This document shows positions 10,592 through 20,642 of a stretch of DNA of 32,000 nt, piece by piece. The notes beneath the pieces were generated by a model. It was not told the origin of the DNA. It was given only the letters and a program-made list of their open reading frames with translations, and did no database searches. The stretch comes from Candidatus Saccharimonadota bacterium. GTDB lineage: Bacteria > Pseudomonadota > Alphaproteobacteria > Rickettsiales > Anaplasmataceae. Within the stretch, counting starts at the first letter, position 1; every line of letters starts with the position of its first letter. The stretch lies in assembly GCF_013365495.1 (NCBI RefSeq), contig NZ_CP046580.1, positions 390,001 through 422,000 of the forward strand, written 5' to 3'. The position numbers and the translations under genes were made by a program.

Positions 10592-11460
10592 CTTGATTTC
10601 AATTCTAATCCTGCATCCATACCCATTTTTTCTGCATCTTCTGCGAATGAAGTATGCTCAGTAAAGTATATGCCTTTCTCGTCTGCTAACATACAATAAA
10701 GACGTAGTATGTTTTTATTTATATATTCCGCTAAAGCTGCAAGTGGTGTAAAGCATGATCCATTTACTGTTTTCATGAAGCTACGCTCTGATTTTACTCT
10801 TATAAAGGATTTATTATCATTAATTTTTTCTAAAAGATTTATAATTTTAGTATCATCTTTTCGGCATTGAATACAAACTGCTCCTTGTCCTACTGCACTT
10901 AACATGGTTTTTGATGGTAATACTTCTGTAGCTAAGTGACGTTTTTTTAATCTTATTAGTCCAGCTTCGGCTAGAATTATTCCATCAAAACTTTTTTTTT
11001 GCAATCTAGTTGTTATATTTCCACGTAATGGTACTATGTTCAAATCTGGTCTAAAATTTAGTAACTGAACTTTTCTTCTTATTGAAGAAGTTGCAATTGT
11101 AGCTTGTTGTGGTAAATCTTTTAGGCTATTATATTTGTTAGAAATAAATGTATCGTATGAGCTTAGTCTTTCTAAAATGCAAGGAATTACCAAGTCTTTT
11201 GAGAAAAATGCAGGTACATCTTTTACCGAGTGAACTGCCATGTCTATATTATTTTTGAGTAGTTCAATCTCAATTTCCTTGAGAAAGAGTCCTTTACCTC
11301 CTATTTTCGCAAGGTTTAAATTGATATATTTATCACCGGAAGTTTCTATTTTAATAATCTTGATAGATAAATTAGGAAAGAAATTTATCAGTTTTTGTTG
11401 TACTTCTAAAGCTTGAGCAATTGCAAGGCTACTTTTTCTGGTACCTATTTTTACTAACAT
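10582..11460 (-). CDS. hemC: Porphobilinogen deaminase / hydroxymethylbilane synthase (HemC)
   Basis: 292 aa. It has the N-terminal KIGTRKSSLAIAQA, the SIRRKVQL motif and the C-terminal-domain NGSCFTPLAA (cofactor Cys region). Confidence 0.9.
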   Translation of the reverse strand: MLVKIGTRKSSLAIAQALEVQQKLINFFPNLSIKIIKIETSGDKYINLNLAKIGGKGLFLKEIEIELLKNNIDMAVHSVKDVPAFFSKDLVIPCILERLSSYDTFISNKYNSLKDLPQQATIATSSIRRKVQLLNFRPDLNIVPLRGNITTRLQKKSFDGIILAEAGLIRLKKRHLATEVLPSKTMLSAVGQGAVCIQCRKDDTKIINLLEKINDNKSFIRVKSERSFMKTVNGSCFTPLAALAEYINKNILRLYCMLADEKGIYFTEHTSFAEDAEKMGMDAGLELKSRCS

Positions 11461-11523
11461 GTATTCGATTTTGATTTAATGTTTTATAATTAGTTTACAA
11501 TTGATATTTACATTATACAACTT

Positions 11524-13041
11524 ATGCATAATAGGCTTATAGTTAAATCTTTTTTAATATTATGTGTTTTTTTGCTTGCCTTATACATGATATTATCAAA
11601 TTTTATTGATAATAAATTCTTTTTTTCAAAAAAAAGAATAAACTTAGGACTTGATCTAAAAGGTGGGTCATCTTTACTTCTTAATGTAGATTTGGATTCT
11701 TATTTTCAAGAAAAATTGAGTATATTAGCAGATGAGATAAAAGAAAGTTTGCTAGCAAAAAATATTGACTTCAGTGTGCAGAGTAATAAACAGATAGTTA
11801 TAACTTTAACTAATGTTGATGATTATAAGAAGATTTTGGTGTTAGTTCATCGAATAAATCCAAATTTAGAGATAAATAAAAAGGATACATCGATTTTTAT
11901 TTCATATAAACCTCATTACAAAAATTCTCTAATCAATGGGGTAATTTTAGAATCAATTATTAATGTTCAAAGACGTTTAGATAAACTTGGCACTAAAGAA
12001 GTAAGTGTGCAAAAACAAGGACAAGATAAGATATTAGTTCAAGTGCCTGGGATAGAAGATGTTGAGCAAATAAAATCTCTGCTTGGTAAAACTGCTAGAT
12101 TGGCTTTTCATTTTGTAAATATTAATGTAGTTAAGATGATGAAGGACATAGATTATGAAACCACAGTTGTACTTAAGGATACTTTTGGTAATTTTTACCC
12201 AATATTTCGTAAAGTTGAAATAGGTGGTGATTCATTAGTTAACGCATCAGTTAGATTTGGTCATTTAGGTAAACCAACAGTACATTTTAAATTTGATAAT
12301 ATGGCAAGTAAGAGATTCGCAAAAATCACTAAAGAAAATGTAGGAAAACCCTTTGCAATTGTTTTGGATAATATTATTTTAACTGTACCAATAATACGTG
12401 AGCCAATTTTAAATGGTGAAGGAGAAATTAGTGGTCATTTTACTGAGAAACAGGCAAGTGAACTTGCAATACTTTTAAAATCTGGAGCGTTGCCAGCACC
12501 ACTTAAAATAATAGAAGAGAAAAATATTGGCCCAAGTCTTGGAGAAGAATCAATAAAAGCAGGAAAGATAGCAACGATAATTTCTATTGTAGCTGTTGTT
12601 TCATTTATAACTATTATTTATGGTAAGTTAGGTTTATTATCTTCTATTGCAATTCTTTTTGATGTAATTTCCATACTATTCATTCTTATTTTACTTGAAG
12701 CAACTCTAACTTTACCAGGAATTGCTGGTATTGCACTAACTGTTGGTATGTCGGTAGATGCAAACGTTTTAATATTTGAACGTATTCGTGAGGAAATGAG
12801 ATTAGGAAAAAGAGCGGTTCGTGCTATTGAAGAAGGGTTTAAAAATGCAATAAAAACAATTCTTGATTCAAATATCACCACATTAATCGCTGCAGGAATT
12901 ATGTTTGTTATTGGTAGCGGAACAATCAGGGGATTTTCTGTAACTTTATCAATAGGAATTCTATGTTCAATGTTTTCTGCAATCACGGTTACAAAACTTT
13001 TAATGGAGTTATGTGTGAATCCAGAAAAATTAGTACTTTAA
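11524..13041 (+). CDS. secD: Protein translocase subunit SecD
   Basis: 505 aa. An N-terminal TM segment is followed by LGLDLKGGSSLLL, IGPSLGEESIKAG and a C-terminal six-TM block (DANVLIFERIREE...). No secF is adjacent. Confidence 0.9.
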   Translation: MHNRLIVKSFLILCVFLLALYMILSNFIDNKFFFSKKRINLGLDLKGGSSLLLNVDLDSYFQEKLSILADEIKESLLAKNIDFSVQSNKQIVITLTNVDDYKKILVLVHRINPNLEINKKDTSIFISYKPHYKNSLINGVILESIINVQRRLDKLGTKEVSVQKQGQDKILVQVPGIEDVEQIKSLLGKTARLAFHFVNINVVKMMKDIDYETTVVLKDTFGNFYPIFRKVEIGGDSLVNASVRFGHLGKPTVHFKFDNMASKRFAKITKENVGKPFAIVLDNIILTVPIIREPILNGEGEISGHFTEKQASELAILLKSGALPAPLKIIEEKNIGPSLGEESIKAGKIATIISIVAVVSFITIIYGKLGLLSSIAILFDVISILFILILLEATLTLPGIAGIALTVGMSVDANVLIFERIREEMRLGKRAVRAIEEGFKNAIKTILDSNITTLIAAGIMFVIGSGTIRGFSVTLSIGILCSMFSAITVTKLLMELCVNPEKLVL

Positions 13042-14104
13042 TTTGTTATGAATCTAAAAATAATAATTTGCTTATAATATTGTTTTATTTTTTTTTGAGT
13101 CTTGAGAAGAGTTTACAGTACTTTTTATTGTGTTATTTATATGGTAGCTTATCACTTTATTGAAATAATGAAAAGCAGTTATATTTAAGTAATAAATCTA
13201 TCTAGTGTTGTTAGACTTACTGCTTACTAAATTGGTGATTTAAACTTGAATTTTCTATCTTAAGTATATTAAGGTTTTTTATTTTTTGAGGTTCGATGAA
13301 AATTAAAATTTAGCTATTTAAAAGATGCTTTTTACTGTTTATAACTATTAAGCTATATCTGTGAATTATTTTCTACTTATCGATAAGTAAAACTAATGGT
13401 ATAATGGAAGTGTAAGTGCAATTACCATTACTTTTTATGTTCAAGGTCATAATTTTAGTAGATTTTTCTTAATTAAAGAGTTGTTGTTATGTTAATTATT
13501 TTTTTAATTAAGGTAGGAAGGTAGAATTGTTGTTTTCTTTATAAGAAAAACAGAACAACATTAAGGTTTATCTGTGCATCATAATTAGTAATTGATTCTA
13601 TATTTTATTTTACTTGTATTTATTATTATAGATTTTATTGAAGTATTCTAGTTTTATTAGTTATATTATCATGTATATTACTTCTTTAATCTAGGAAATT
13701 ATGTTAGTAATATTTGTTTTTTTCTAAGTTGAGAGTAATGTGATATTGATTGATAATTATAACTATATGTAAAAAAACTTAAAGTGGGGGGGTATGTCTT
13801 TATTTTTAGAGAAGGATAAATAATCCCATCCTTAACAGTGGAAAAAATGTATGGCAGTATTATTTTTTTGATTGTAGGAGTAATGTTAATTGTAGGTGAG
13901 GATAGGTATTTATTGTCTTTAAAACGAAATAATTCATAGATTTTTTTTATAGTTAGTGTTACTTATTTTAAAAAGGTTTTCTATAATAAGAGAACTGATC
14001 TTGTCTATTTACACAATTGTGGTATACTGAAACTGAATCAATGTATAGTTTTATGTTGTATAGATTAGATGATTAATTTAAGAATATAGTCTAAAATTTT
14101 AGAA

Positions 14105-14701
14105 ATGATATTAGATAAGAATAGTTCAATAATAAGAGAATTTGAAGAGGTTGGAGCAATTCTACGTGGGCATTTTGTATTATCCTCTGGACTACATAGT
14201 AGTATATACATACAATGTGCTAAAATTTTTGAAGATCCAAGCATGGCTATAAAAATTTGTGCATTGTTAGTACATAAAATAAAAAAAGAATTAAATAGTT
14301 CTATAGATTTAGTATTATCTCTTGCAATTGGGGGAATAATTGTGGGTTACGAGATTGGTAAGCAGCTTGGAATCAAGACAATGTTTTGTGAACGCGTTAA
14401 TGGTAAGTTTGAATTGCGTCGTGGATTTGAAATTAAACAGGGTGAAAAACTATTATTAGTTGAGGATGTGATAACTACAGGTAAATCATCACTTGAAGCT
14501 GTAGAATGTGTAGAAGATATGGGGGGAGAAATTGTTGCTGAAGCTTCTATAATTAAAAGAAATAGCGAAATGCAATTACCTTTTCCTATTATATCCTTAC
14601 TCGAGCTAAATATCAAAAATTATAGAGAACCAGAACTCCCTGAAGAATTAAAACAATTACCAATAGATAAGCCAGGAAGTCGAGGATATTTAACAAAATA
14701 G
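14105..14701 (+). CDS. pyrE: Orotate phosphoribosyltransferase (PyrE)
   Basis: 198 aa. It has the PRPP-binding motif KLLLVEDVITTGKSSLEA and the N-terminal GHFVLSSGLHSSIYIQC typical of short PyrE proteins. Confidence 0.85.
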   Translation: MILDKNSSIIREFEEVGAILRGHFVLSSGLHSSIYIQCAKIFEDPSMAIKICALLVHKIKKELNSSIDLVLSLAIGGIIVGYEIGKQLGIKTMFCERVNGKFELRRGFEIKQGEKLLLVEDVITTGKSSLEAVECVEDMGGEIVAEASIIKRNSEMQLPFPIISLLELNIKNYREPELPEELKQLPIDKPGSRGYLTK

Positions 14702-15131
14702 TTTTTTTACATTTTAATGTTATTTAATCAAACAATAAAAACGATTAATGAATCAACTTTATTTGTTTCTAGTAGAATGCTATTTATCATTACTAAATGA
14801 TATAAGTGTTTTTTCATATTTGCTATTTTGTGTTGACTGTTTACATAGGTGATATCTTGAATTTTTATCAACTTATTTTACTAGAGACTTTAAGTGGAAT
14901 TGTGCTTGAAGTCATTTTACATTTACAGATAAGCTGGAGAGCTTAGTTAATAATTTTAACTCTGGTTTGCTTTTTTTGTTTAGTATTTTTTAATGTGATG
15001 GTTAAAGATTATTTAAAAGTTTATTAAAATGAATCGCTTAAACGTGTGTAATCAATCTGTGTTCTTTAATCTTATAAATTTTTATATTTATTACTTTAGA
15101 TAGCAAGGGAGAAAATAGTAAAAGCCTGTTA

Positions 15132-16562
15132 TTAAAAAATTAAAAGCTTAATAATTAATGCTATAATTATAAACCATAATAAGAGATAAGTTTTTATATT
15201 TGATTTAATTCTGATTTGAATATTCTCTAGTTTTTGATCGGCTATTAAGTTAAGTTTTTCTACAAGGTTAAATATTTCTTGAATGGTTTTTACGGGACGA
15301 GAGCTTTTTATTTTTTCTTTATAGTCTATTTTATTTTTATGTTGATTATTTATCCATGATTCAACTACTTTCCACATATTAATTTCTGGATAGATTTTTC
15401 TGCAGGTTCCTTCTAGTAAAATTAGAGTTTTTTGTAGTAATAGTAATTGTGTTTGAACTTTCATATTAAAATCACTAGTTATTTTAAATAATTGGGTAAG
15501 TAAATTAGCGAAAGAGATTTTTTGTATAGGTTGCCCTATAATAGGTTCTCCTATTGCTCTACATGCTGTAACAAAATTTTTTTGTTGTGGTGAAACATAA
15601 CCAGCTTTAAAATGTGTTTTTGCAACATGATCATAATTTCGATTTAAAAAACCTTTTAATATCTCTATTATATAGTAGCATGTTTCTCGGTCTATTCGAC
15701 CCATGATTCCATAATCTAAAGCAATAATGTTGTTATTCATATCAACCATTAAGTTTCCGGGGTGGATGTCTGCATGAAAAAAACAATCTCTATATACTTG
15801 ATTGCAAAATGATTCTATAAGATTAATAGCTATTTGTTTATGATTATTTAGTTTTTTAACTTCATATATTGGTGTTGCTTCTATCCATTCTAATGTCAAA
15901 ACTTTTTTTGAGGTCCTACTCCAATCTACTTTTGGTACATAGAAACCTTTATCATTTTTTGTGTTTTCTTTTAGCTCTGAAGAATGAGCAGCTTCAAAAC
16001 GTAGATCTAGCTCTAATTGGCAAATTTCAGCAAAAGTTTTCACTAATTCAATTGGTTTTAGTCTCTTTGATTGTTCGCTCAATCCCTCTATAATTCCTGC
16101 AAGCCAAAAAAGAATTTTTATATCTTTTGAGAATATTTTTTCAATATTTGGTCTTAAAACTTTTACTGCAACTTTTTTGCCTTGTGTTGTAGTTGCTTTA
16201 TGTACTTGAGAAATTGATGCAGCTGCGATTGGTTTTTCAGAAAAATTTAGAAAAATATCATTTAATTTACAATTAAATTCGTTTTCTATAGTTCTAACTG
16301 CTATTTTATATGAAAAGGATGGTAATCTATCGCATATTAATAATAAGTTATTTGTTATATCTTCATTTAGAATATCAGTACGTGATGAAATAGACTGTCC
16401 AAATTTAATAAATACTGGACCTAATTTTTCAAGAGCACATTTTAATTTATAACCACGTATTTTATTTATTGACTTTTGTGAAGGAGAAAGTAAATAATAT
16501 GATATACTGTAGCGGGTCAGTACTATAGTTATATATATAAGGCGCAGAATATTTTTAATCAT
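15132..16562 (-). CDS. ubiB: UbiB/ABC1-family atypical kinase (ubiquinone biosynthesis)
   Basis: 476 aa. Motifs present are KFGQSISSRTDIL, AAASISQVHKA and HADIHPGNLMV, plus a C-terminal TM segment. Its ATG directly abuts the znuC stop (AAATAAATGATT). Confidence 0.88.
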   Translation of the reverse strand: MIKNILRLIYITIVLTRYSISYYLLSPSQKSINKIRGYKLKCALEKLGPVFIKFGQSISSRTDILNEDITNNLLLICDRLPSFSYKIAVRTIENEFNCKLNDIFLNFSEKPIAAASISQVHKATTTQGKKVAVKVLRPNIEKIFSKDIKILFWLAGIIEGLSEQSKRLKPIELVKTFAEICQLELDLRFEAAHSSELKENTKNDKGFYVPKVDWSRTSKKVLTLEWIEATPIYEVKKLNNHKQIAINLIESFCNQVYRDCFFHADIHPGNLMVDMNNNIIALDYGIMGRIDRETCYYIIEILKGFLNRNYDHVAKTHFKAGYVSPQQKNFVTACRAIGEPIIGQPIQKISFANLLTQLFKITSDFNMKVQTQLLLLQKTLILLEGTCRKIYPEINMWKVVESWINNQHKNKIDYKEKIKSSRPVKTIQEIFNLVEKLNLIADQKLENIQIRIKSNIKTYLLLWFIIIALIIKLLIF

Positions 16563-17303
16563 TTATTTTGTTATATAGCTACTAAATATTTCGCTTAAAG
16601 TTTTATTTTTCATGATTTCGTCAGGTTTTCCTTGGCAATATATGATGTGGTTTATACAAATTATGTAATCTGAGCATGGTGCTATGGAGCTTAAATCATG
16701 AGATGTCATAAGAATTGAAATTGATCTTTTTTTTGCTATCTTATCTATTATAGAATAAAATTTAGCTCGAGCATTAATATCCATTGCACTAACTGGTTCA
16801 TCCAAAATAATTAAGTCAGGTTCTGCAATTAAGCAGCGTGCAAGTAGTAATAATTGTGTTTGTCCTGCAGAAATTTCTAGTACTTGTTTTTTTAAAATAT
16901 TGCTAATACCAACTAATTCTACTACTTCTGTGATAATTGATTGGTTTTTTTTTAATTTTTTTGAAAAGCTGTTTAAAAGGAGATATTCAACTGTTATTGG
17001 CATTAGATTACTAATACTAAAATTTTGTGGCATATAACTAATTTTTATATTATTAGCAAATATAATACTACCGCTACAATTTTTATTTATACCAGCGACT
17101 ACTTTCACTAAGGAGGTTTTACCTCCACCATTTGGTCCCAGTATAGTAACTATATCTCCTTTATCTATTGATAGATTAATATCGTCAAGAATTTTTTTGT
17201 TGTTATATACAAGAGCAAGATTTTCTATTTTTAGAACATTATTATTGACATGATTTAACTTTTTGACAAAACTTAACTTTTTTTCAATGTTTTCATGAGG
17301 CAT
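16563..17303 (-). CDS. znuC: ABC transporter ATP-binding protein, zinc/manganese (ZnuC-like)
   Basis: 246 aa. It has Walker A GPNGGGKTS, the signature variant ISAGQTQ, Walker B LIILDEP and a H-loop TSHD. No permease (znuB) is present in the window. Confidence 0.8.
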   Translation of the reverse strand: MPHENIEKKLSFVKKLNHVNNNVLKIENLALVYNNKKILDDINLSIDKGDIVTILGPNGGGKTSLVKVVAGINKNCSGSIIFANNIKISYMPQNFSISNLMPITVEYLLLNSFSKKLKKNQSIITEVVELVGISNILKKQVLEISAGQTQLLLLARCLIAEPDLIILDEPVSAMDINARAKFYSIIDKIAKKRSISILMTSHDLSSIAPCSDYIICINHIIYCQGKPDEIMKNKTLSEIFSSYITK

Positions 17304-18176
17304 TTGCTGGCTTCTTTTCTATTATTTTTATTTATACTATATCACAGTACTGTTTTCTCATCTACTTTAAAAGTTGTAGCTACAATAAAGCCTATACATT
17401 CACTTGTAGCTTCTGTGACAGATAAAATCTTAGAACCAGTTTTGTTGGATTATACAACATCTGCACATAATTATATATTAAAGCCTTCTGATGCAAGTAA
17501 TTTGGAGTTTGGTGATGTTATATTTTACGTTGATGATAACTTAGAAACCTTTATTAAGGCCTTTGCTAGAAAAAATAAAGAACTTGTGCAGTTATCAAAA
17601 GCAGTTAATTTGCTTCCTGCTCGACCACATTCATTTTCCAAGTATATTATTGACGTTCAGAATGAAAAAGACCTTCATATTTGGCTTAGTCTTGAAAATG
17701 CAAAAAATATAGTATATTATATAAATACAATACTATCTAATATAGATAAGGAGAATTCTCATCGATACAATCATAATGCAAATAAAGCTGTAGAAAGAAT
17801 AGACCAAGAAATAGAAAAAATTGCAAACGAATTAAGTGATTTAAAAGATAAAAGGTATATAGTTACCCATGATGCTTATCAATATTTTGAAAAGTATTTC
17901 AACTTAAATCACCCAAGTGTTATTCTATCTATAGAAGAAGATGCTTATATGGGAATGAGAAGTTTAATGAAACTTAAAAAAATAATGAAGGAAGAAGATA
18001 TTAAATGTATTTTCTCTCCTTCACGAGAAGATAGTATAAAACCTAAAGCTTTTTCTGATGATGTAAAAATAGCAATTCTTGATCCTATTGGATTAGGTAT
18101 AGAACCTGGAAAGGACGCATATTTAGCTATAATTAATAGTATGATAGAAGGCTTTAAATCTTGTTTTATTGAATAG
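17295..18176 (+). CDS. znuA: Periplasmic metal-binding protein, ZnuA/TroA family
   Basis: 293 aa. It has a signal peptide (MRHLLASFLLFLFILYHSTVFSS), then KVVATIKPIHSLV and HDAYQYFEKYF, which are typical of cluster-9 metal-binding proteins. An alternative TTG start at 17304 is possible. Confidence 0.8.
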   Translation: MRHLLASFLLFLFILYHSTVFSSTLKVVATIKPIHSLVASVTDKILEPVLLDYTTSAHNYILKPSDASNLEFGDVIFYVDDNLETFIKAFARKNKELVQLSKAVNLLPARPHSFSKYIIDVQNEKDLHIWLSLENAKNIVYYINTILSNIDKENSHRYNHNANKAVERIDQEIEKIANELSDLKDKRYIVTHDAYQYFEKYFNLNHPSVILSIEEDAYMGMRSLMKLKKIMKEEDIKCIFSPSREDSIKPKAFSDDVKIAILDPIGLGIEPGKDAYLAIINSMIEGFKSCFIE

Positions 18177-18192
18177 TCATGGTTTAATTTGT

Positions 18193-18226
18193 AAAAAAAT
18201 TATGGAGAGGAGTGACTTCTCTTCTT
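18193..18226. terminator. Stem-loop between the convergent znuA and ndk genes (possible terminator)
   Basis: 18204-18224 GGAGAGGAG-tga-CTTCTCTTC forms 9 bp on the + strand RNA (two are G.U pairs). It is flanked by A7 (18193-18199) upstream and TTAAAAAAA downstream. On the - strand the G.U pairs become A.C mismatches, but a T7 run then follows. It is canonical on neither strand. Confidence 0.3.
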
Positions 18227-18285
18227 AAAAAAATGGTTAATGTGTAAATATAAAATAAGGAACTATGTATTTGTCTTAAGTTCAC

Positions 18286-18711
18286 TTAAGTCTGCACTAA
18301 TTCGCATTCAGCGAAAAAGAAAGCTATTTCTCTACGAGAATTTTCTAGATTATCTGAACCGTGGACTCTATTTTCGCTAATATTATCAGCAAAATCACCT
18401 CTGATTGTACCTTTATTTGCTTGTTTTGGATCTGTAGATCCCATAATTTCTCTATATTTACTTACTGCATTTTCACCAACTAAAACTTGAACTATTATAG
18501 GACCAGAGATCATAAATTCTATTAATTCCTCAAAAAAAGGTTTACTTTTATGTTTTTTATAAAGTAATTCTGCTTGTTTTCTTGTAAGTAGCATCATTTT
18601 TTGTGCTATAATTCTTAATCCAGATTTTTCGATGTAGGAATTTATATTACCTGTGATGTTATTTCTTACTGCATCAGGTTTCAATATTGAAAGTGTTTTC
18701 TCAATTATCAT
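18286..18711 (-). CDS. ndk: Nucleoside diphosphate kinase
   Basis: 141 aa. It has [12 protein letters not shown], the active-site NRVHGSD, and a length typical of the family. Confidence 0.93.
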   Translation of the reverse strand: MIIEKTLSILKPDAVRNNITGNINSYIEKSGLRIIAQKMMLLTRKQAELLYKKHKSKPFFEELIEFMISGPIIVQVLVGENAVSKYREIMGSTDPKQANKGTIRGDFADNISENRVHGSDNLENSRREIAFFFAECELVQT

Positions 18712-18821
18712 GTTATTTTTTTATAGGATTATTATGTTTATAAATTTATTTATCATGAATTTTTATTTTATCAATATGGATTTTTATTTATAGTTAAATA
18801 AGCTATCAAGGATAGTATTTT

Positions 18822-19619
18822 ATGGATGAATGTCATTATAATAATAAACAAAACGAGTTAGCTCATGAACAATTAATTGAAGCTGGACTTGCTGCTAAAA
18901 AATTAATCAATAATTTAAAATTATCAATTTTTTGTGGGACAAAAGGTTTTTTAACTTTTGGCTTGGCTTTTTTGAGTCATTTGGAGCATAGCTTGTGTTG
19001 TAATACAAAACTACGAGAAGGTGCTACTTTTGTGATGAAGAGGAGTATTATTCCCTTTTTTGAAATGACGATTATAGTACCGCTTATTTGTGTTATGTTG
19101 CCGGCGATGGGTAATATAAATGTTGTGAAGTGTATATTTATATGTGTTACATTTATGATAGGAATATGCTCTTTTATAAGAAATTTTCATGTACGTGAGT
19201 GGTTGTTAGAGAAGATTACTGATTATAGTAGAGAAACAATAGATGCAGAATTTAAGAAAGAAGATATAAGATTTCCCCTTTTGGGTCAAAGCAGAAAAGA
19301 TGTTAAATATAGTTTGTCCAATCAAGTAAGTGAGTCAAATAACACTTCTTTTTTTATTGCGTGTTTAATTTTTCCTCTTAGGTTTTTTCAAAGTTGTATC
19401 ATGCTGTTTTTAGCTGCTGTTGAACTTCTTGAAGTAGTGCTAAGTTTTTGTATTGATTTGATTTTTGATAGAAGTGCTTTTGTGTCCACAAAGAATAACT
19501 TGCATAGATTGAGCAGTTTATTATATGCTAGTGTTAGTAATTTAATACCTATGTCTAGACTTGATGGACTTGTAGTTGAGCGTATAGGTATATTAAAAGC
19601 AACTTGTTGTAATGCATAG
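18822..19619 (+). CDS. Hypothetical Cys-rich multi-pass membrane protein (orphan)
   Basis: 265 aa. I see about 4-5 hydrophobic segments (e.g. IIPFFEMTIIVPLICVMLPAMG, VVKCIFICVTFMIGICSFI, SFFIACLIFPLRFFQSCIMLFLAAV) and many Cys residues. Its stop TAG (19617-19619) directly abuts the hemH GTG start. I recognise no family. Confidence 0.55.
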   Translation: MDECHYNNKQNELAHEQLIEAGLAAKKLINNLKLSIFCGTKGFLTFGLAFLSHLEHSLCCNTKLREGATFVMKRSIIPFFEMTIIVPLICVMLPAMGNINVVKCIFICVTFMIGICSFIRNFHVREWLLEKITDYSRETIDAEFKKEDIRFPLLGQSRKDVKYSLSNQVSESNNTSFFIACLIFPLRFFQSCIMLFLAAVELLEVVLSFCIDLIFDRSAFVSTKNNLHRLSSLLYASVSNLIPMSRLDGLVVERIGILKATCCNA

Positions 19620-20642
19620 GTGAAAAAAGCGATTATTTTATTTAACTTTGGTGGGCCTGATTCACTTAGTGCTGTTCGTCCTTTTTTATTTAATCTTTTT
19701 TATGATAAAAGAATAATAAATTTACCAAATCCTTTTCGGTTTTTTTTAGCAAAATTTATATCTGCAAAACATAAAAATACTGCACAAAAGATATATAGGC
19801 AAATTGGAGGTAAATCACCAATTCTAGAAAATACAAGAATGCAAGCTAGAGCGCTTGAACAAGAGCTTAATAAATCTTTGTTTTATCATTCAAGTAGTGT
19901 GATAGTAGAATCTAAAGAAGAGAATTGGATTCCAGCATCATATGTTGAAATGACACCAAAGTTAGTTAAAGTATTTATCTGTGTACGTTATTGGCATCCA
20001 TTTGCTGATGAAGTTGTTAAAAGTGTGAAGCGATTTGATCCTGACGAAGTAATTTTGCTACCATTATACCCTCAGTATTCAACTACCACAACTTTGTCAT
20101 CTATTGAAAATTGGCAAGAAAGTGCAAAAAAACATGGCTTAGAATGTAGTACTAAAATAATTTATCATTATTATGATAATCAAGACTTTATTGAAGCTCA
20201 TAGTCGTTTGGTAGCCAAGTATTATAAACTAGCTAGCAAAATTAATAAGCCGAGGATTTTGTTTTCGGCTCATAGTTTACCTATGAGTGTGGTTAAAAAA
20301 GGTGACCCATATGCTTTACAGATAGAAGAAACAGTAAGATTGATAGTAAAAAGATTAGATATTAAAGCCCTTGATTGGGCAATATGCTACCAAAGTAAAA
20401 TTGGGCCTATAAAATGGTTAGAACCTAGTATAGAAAGTGAGCTATTGCGTGCAAAAGCTGATGATGTACCTGTAGTTTTATCACCTGTATCTTTTGTTTC
20501 TGAGCATTCAGAAACACTTGTTGAACTTGACACAGAATGTAAAGCAATGATTAAGGATGGGTATTATTTTCGTGTGCCAACTCTTAGTACTGATTCTTTA
20601 TTTATAAAATGTTTAGCTGATTTATGCAGAAATCGTTATTAA
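19620..20642 (+). CDS. hemH: Ferrochelatase (HemH)
   Basis: 340 aa with a GTG start. Motifs present are [42 protein letters not shown] (catalytic His region) and [14 protein letters not shown]. Confidence 0.9.
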   Translation: MKKAIILFNFGGPDSLSAVRPFLFNLFYDKRIINLPNPFRFFLAKFISAKHKNTAQKIYRQIGGKSPILENTRMQARALEQELNKSLFYHSSSVIVESKEENWIPASYVEMTPKLVKVFICVRYWHPFADEVVKSVKRFDPDEVILLPLYPQYSTTTTLSSIENWQESAKKHGLECSTKIIYHYYDNQDFIEAHSRLVAKYYKLASKINKPRILFSAHSLPMSVVKKGDPYALQIEETVRLIVKRLDIKALDWAICYQSKIGPIKWLEPSIESELLRAKADDVPVVLSPVSFVSEHSETLVELDTECKAMIKDGYYFRVPTLSTDSLFIKCLADLCRNRY

